Source: Ranitomeya imitator (Eukaryota). Taken from it: a stretch of DNA of 39,827 nt. Below are positions 35,921-39,827 of this stretch, piece by piece. Position numbers and translations under genes: made by a program. The DNA is taken from assembly GCF_032444005.1 (NCBI RefSeq), contig NC_091285.1, positions 12,834,001-12,873,827 of the forward strand, written 5' to 3'. The notes beneath the pieces were generated by a model that worked only from the letters and a program-made list of their open reading frames with translations, did no database searches and was not told the origin of the DNA. Position 1 is the first letter of the stretch. Each line of letters starts with the position of its first letter.

Positions 35921-36254
35921 GCTTTGCCATTCTCATAAATGGAGCCTAACTACACGCAATTCTTTTGGGTCTTTTTTAATTTTTTTATTCTGCAGCCCTG
36001 TACAGACATATTCTACGTACACCTAAGAGGGACATGATCCATCACAGTCCAACGCGAAACACGCACAACCTGTCTTTCTGAAAACCAAAAGGGCGGCATT
36101 AAAACCAAAGTATATTTCCAGTAAAAAAAAAAAACACTGTCGCCTCTCACCAGCTGTCTGATTGGTCTGCCCATAGGTCCGCAGCGCTTTGGCCGCACAG
36201 ACGGATCAATCGGGAGGAAGAAGAAGTGGTAGAAATCAGTCTTCGAGAAAAAAC

Positions 36255-36361
36255 AGGCCTCACTGCCCTTAGCAACCAATCAGAGCTCAGCTTTCATTCT
36301 TCCACAGCACTGTGAGGAATGAAAGCTGCGCTCTGATTGGTTGCTATGGACAACAAGGCCT
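36255..36361. mobile_element. Hairpin MITE, copy 2, part of a 441-bp tandem duplication
   Basis: Near-identical to 35814-35920 at an offset of 441 bp, and the flanks are also duplicated. Confidence 0.7.
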
Positions 36362-36410
36362 ACTTTACATTTCTGATAAATGGAGCCTAACTACACACAA
36401 TTCGTTGGGG

Positions 36411-36415
<5 letters not shown>

Positions 36416-36446
<31 letters not shown>
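36416..36446. repeat. (AT)n microsatellite
   Basis: Read directly. Confidence 0.95.
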
Positions 36447-36449
<3 letters not shown>

Positions 36450-36999
36450 TTCAGCGAATGATCCATGAGAGTCCGATGTGAAACATGCACAACTTGTCTT
36501 TCTGAAAACAAAAAGGGCGGCATTAAATCCTGTATTTCCTGTTTTCGCTCCATTGTCATTCAGTGGGCTGATTTTAGGCTTTTAATTCCTTCGTAGATTC
36601 ACTGGGGGGTCCTCATAGTTTACATGATAGAATCTGTGTAGGAGATAAGTAGCTGCCAGACGCTTATCTCCGCCATTAAACATGATCTCTGGTTATGTCG
36701 TCTATATAGAGATGGAGAAAATAATGGCTGCTATCTGCATCGTGGGGATTGCCTCTCCCCACATACCGAGTAACCAGATCTCCTATTTGCACGTCCATTG
36801 GTCTTCACAATACATGGAGGCGGGGGTCCGCTTACTCCTCTCCAGCGCTTGTTTACAGGCCCGCCTGTGTCTTTGGATGTAGATGAGGCGCAATTCTGAT
36901 ACTAAAACCATTGATCCTGATCCAAAGATCCCAAAAATCATGGGTGGTCTCCAGTGGATTAACTTGAAACTCATGGGCTCCGATGCAAAAGATCCAACG

Positions 37000-37130
37000 G
37001 GGCCCCCAAATATTTTAAATCTTTAATAGCAATAGCCATTTTCTATAGGCCAAAGGGACTTTTAGGGCCCCCTAGTCTCCAGAGCCCCGATGCAATTGCA
37101 ACCCCTGCACCTGTTGTAGTTACACCCCTG
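37000..37130. mobile_element. Single end of a hAT-type MITE
   Basis: The terminus reads CAGGGGTGTAACTAC on the minus strand, with internal GGGCCCC motifs. The partner end was not found. Confidence 0.35.
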
Positions 37131-37966
37131 GTGGTCTCGTAAAGTGGATGTGCGGCCGACATGAACGGAAATTGTACTTGGACCCAACGAAAGTCCGAAT
37201 GATCGATTCTTGAAACCCTCCCAGTACTTGAAGCATAACGAGCGCAAACCGACCGGCGACAGAGTTGGATGTCTGACCACTTTTTGGATGGCGAAAAATG
37301 GGTGTTCCAGTCGTACCGACAGAATTGCCATTTTTTGGTCGCCGATTCTGACTCAAAAATGCACATACACCAATCAAAACATTATGTCTACCCCACAACG
37401 GGATAAAAACCGTCATCTCGCCACGCGATAAATGGCCGACACGGCTCCATCCATAGAAGAGTAAAAAAGTTACGAGTCTCAGAAAAAGGCGACAGAAACC
37501 TCATTCAGGTTCGGAATTTTTTAGCCATTATCAAAAAAAACACACACATAAGTATTGTTATTACCGTAACCACACCGGGCTGGAGAATAACGTTACCGGG
37601 TTATTATTACCGTACAGTGAGAGCGTAAAAACAAAACCGACAAAACGTCAATGGCAGAAATGTGCCGAGGGGGCAGGGTGTGTGTGTGTGTGTGGGGGGG
37701 CATTTCACCGCACTTGGGATTCCCCCCCCCCCCAGTTTTTCACTACATTATATGATAAAATGAACGGTATCAATTAAAAGAAAAGTAAAACTCGCCCCGC
37801 AGATAACACGGCGTGATACATAAAGAAAAGCAATGGCTGTAGGAAAAAGGGAAGAAAAATGAAAAAGCAAAAATGGAAAATGACCCTGAAGAAAAGGGTG
37901 AAGGAAGGAGTGCGCACATCTATATATCTATACACAATGATAACTTTTTATTTTCACAGTTTTTTA

Positions 37967-38300
37967 ATCTATTATCTATGTATCATCTATCTATCATCTA
38001 CAATCTATCATCTATTATCTATCATCTATCTATTATCAATCTATGTATTGTCTATCATCTATTATCAATCTATGATCTATCTATTATCTATGTATTGTCT
38101 ATCATCTCTTTATTATCTATCTATTATCAATCTATCTATTATCGATCTATGATCTATCTATTATCTATAGATCTATGTATTATCTATCTCTCTACCTAAA
38201 ATGTAAAGTGTTGCGGTATATGGCGGCGCTATAGAAATAAAATTATTATTATTTATTATCTTTTATCAATCTATTGATTATCTATTATCTATCTCATATC
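37967..38300. repeat. Degenerate (ATCT)n / GATA tetranucleotide repeat
   Basis: Runs of TATCTATC and ATCTATT at about 37967-38195 and 38260-38300. Confidence 0.9.
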
Positions 38301-38417
38301 TGTAGTATCCCAAAAATAAGATATTTTTATGGTGCAAACTGCATGATGAAGGTTCGGCTGTGAATTACATATAAATCCATTTGATAAAAAAAGAGATGAA
38401 GGTAAAGCAGGCAGCGT

Positions 38418-38890
38418 GGGTGCAGTGTCCAGTGTGTGTACAGTGTGTGTGCAGTGTCCAGTGTGTGTACAGTGTGTGTGCAGTGTCCAGTGTGTGTGCA
38501 GTGTCCAGTGTGTGTGCAGTGTGTGTGCAGTGTCCAGTGTGTGTACAGTGTGTGTGCAGTGTCCAGTGTGTGTACAGTGTGTGTGCAGTGTCCAGTGTGT
38601 GTGCAGTGTCCAGTGTGTGTGCAGTGTGTGTGCAGTGTCCAGTGTGTGTGCAGTGTCCAGTGTGTGTGCAGTGTGTGTGCAGTGTCCAGTGTGTGTGCAG
38701 TGTCCAGTGTGTCCAGTGTGTGTGCAGTGTCCAGTGTGTGCAGTGTCCAGTGTGTGTACAGTGTCCAGTGTGTGCAGTGTGTGTACAGTGTCCAGTGTGT
38801 CCAGTGTGTGCAGTGTCCAGTGTGTGTGCAGTGTCCAGTGTGTGTGCAGTGTCCAGTGTGTGTGCAGTGTCCAGTGTTCGTGTGCAGTGT
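38418..38890. repeat. GT-rich roughly 10-18-bp tandem repeat (CAGTGTCCAGTGTGTGTG)
   Basis: Read directly. It produces the Cys/Val- and His/Thr-rich artefact ORFs. Confidence 0.93.
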
Positions 38891-39139
38891 GCGGGCAGTA
38901 GATGAGGCCTCTATCGCTGGCAGACACCGGGATTATCTCTGCAGCATTCCTTTCCTGGACCATTGCAGACATCCTGCAGCAAGAAAGGGGTTAACAATGG
39001 CGGGTGAAGCCCGGGAGGGGGCGTTGCAGGAACAGCCAGACATTAGGTGACAGCAGCTGCCTCCACCCACAGCAATGAGGAGGGGAACCTGTGACCATGG
39101 CAGGAGGCGACTAACCCTGCCGGCTCTGCAGTGGCACCG

Positions 39140-39390
39140 TCCGCAGCCTGCCCCCTCTGCCCGCAGCCTGTGCCCCCTCTGCCCGCAGCCTGCCCCCTCT
39201 GCCCGCAGCCTGTGCCCGCAGCCTGCCCCCTCTCCCCGCAGCCTGCCCCCTGTGCCCGCAGCCTGCCCCCTGTGCCCGCAGCCTGCCCCCTCTCCCCGCA
39301 GCCTGCCCCCTGTGCCCGCAGCCTGCCCCCTCTCCCCGCAGCCTGCCCCCTGTGCCCGCAGCCTGCCCCCTCTCCCCGCAGCCTGTGCCC
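39140..39390. repeat. 20-bp pyrimidine-rich repeat, 13 CCGCAG-ending units, just upstream of the GFOD1-like CDS
   Basis: Unit CCTGCCCCCT(C/G)T(C/G)CCCGCAG. Confidence 0.93.
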
Positions 39391-39417
39391 CCTCTCCTCC
39401 CCTGTGGCCCCCGCAGG

Positions 39418-39480
39418 ATGAGCTGGAGGCGCGAGCTCGGCCCCTGCAGCCGCCGCGGAGCTGAGGGGGGCGCCCAGTAG
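39418..39480 (+). other. Candidate upstream ORF of 20 codons, out of frame with the GFOD1-like CDS
   Basis: ATG at 39418 to TAG at 39478-39480, ending 23 nt before the main ATG. Whether it is translated is unknown. Confidence 0.35.
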
Positions 39481-39503
39481 CAGCGCTGCCGGCGGGGGTC
39501 GCC

Positions 39504-39756
39504 ATGCTGCCCGGGGTCGGGGTGTTCGGCACCAGCCTCACCTCCAGGGTCATCATCCCGCTGCTGAAGGACGAGGGCTTCTCGGTGACGGCTCTGTGGG
39601 GCCGGACCCCGGAGGAGGCGGAGGAGCTGGCGAAGGAGATGAGCGTCCCCTACTACACCAGCCGCATGGACGACCTCCTGCTGCACCAAGACGTGGACCT
39701 GGTCTGCATCAACCTGCCGCCCCCCCTCACCAGGCAGGTGGCCGTGAAGACCCTCG
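39504..39756 (+). CDS. GFOD1: GFOD1 or GFOD1-like (GFO/IDH/MocA oxidoreductase domain), first coding exon, 253 nt
   Basis: [84 protein letters not shown](G), with about 9 differences in 85 aa from human GFOD1 as I recall it. Kozak context GCCATGC; phase-1 donor G|gtgagt at 39757. Orthologue versus paralogue is unresolved. Confidence 0.88.
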
Positions 39757-39827
39757 GTGAGTGCGGGGAGGGGGGGGGGGGGGGCTGCTGAGGAGAAGAC
39801 CCCAATGTGCTGCCATCATCTATATCT

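Larger units (their letters stand above)
34713..37902. mobile_element. Possible TTAA-type (piggyBac-like) non-autonomous element with long diverged inverted arms, or two inverted copies of one family
   Basis: Left end TTAA-CCCCTTC; right end AAGGG-TGAA. The segments at about 34713-35110 and 37465-37900 are collinear inverted homologues, aligned by eye. Confidence 0.4.

Noticed and set aside
38289-39050. Cys-rich (metallothionein-like) and His-rich ORFs
   Set aside because: Products of a GT-rich simple repeat, open in several frames.
38933-39689. Minus-strand 192-aa and 207-aa ORFs
   Set aside because: Antisense to the GC-rich GFOD1-like exon and the 20-bp repeat, with no recognisable domain.
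39757-39791. C-terminal [10 protein letters not shown] of the 95-aa ORF
   Set aside because: Intron read-through past the G|GTGAGT donor; the GFOD1-like protein continues in an exon outside the window.

Overview
Vertebrate genomic DNA, most likely an anuran (frog); the taxon is inferred from the repeat families and is not proven. Three protein-coding genes are supported by recognisable peptides and canonical GT-AG exon boundaries. STK38L (NDR2 kinase, minus strand) has coding exons at 5285-5418 and 5061-5112, a probable non-coding exon 1 near 16.4-16.5 kb, and continues beyond the left edge. MED21 (minus strand) is complete: 4 coding exons, 144 aa, 34329 to 28290. A GFOD1-like gene (plus strand) has its first coding exon at 39504-39756 and continues beyond the right edge. 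By my rough sum about 24 of the 39.8 kb is tandem repeat in about 12 unrelated arrays. Mobile DNA includes two CR1 LINE fragments, a hAT-like transposon end, a split PIF/Harbinger-like MITE and several hairpin MITEs. Almost all long ORFs in the supplied track are repeat artefacts. I found no clearly new protein-coding system. The most unusual signal is that several arrays are built from, or overlap, splice sites; the clearest case is about 39 tandem copies of the MED21 exon 3/intron 3 donor junction. Comparisons with human proteins and gene order are from memory and need a database check.
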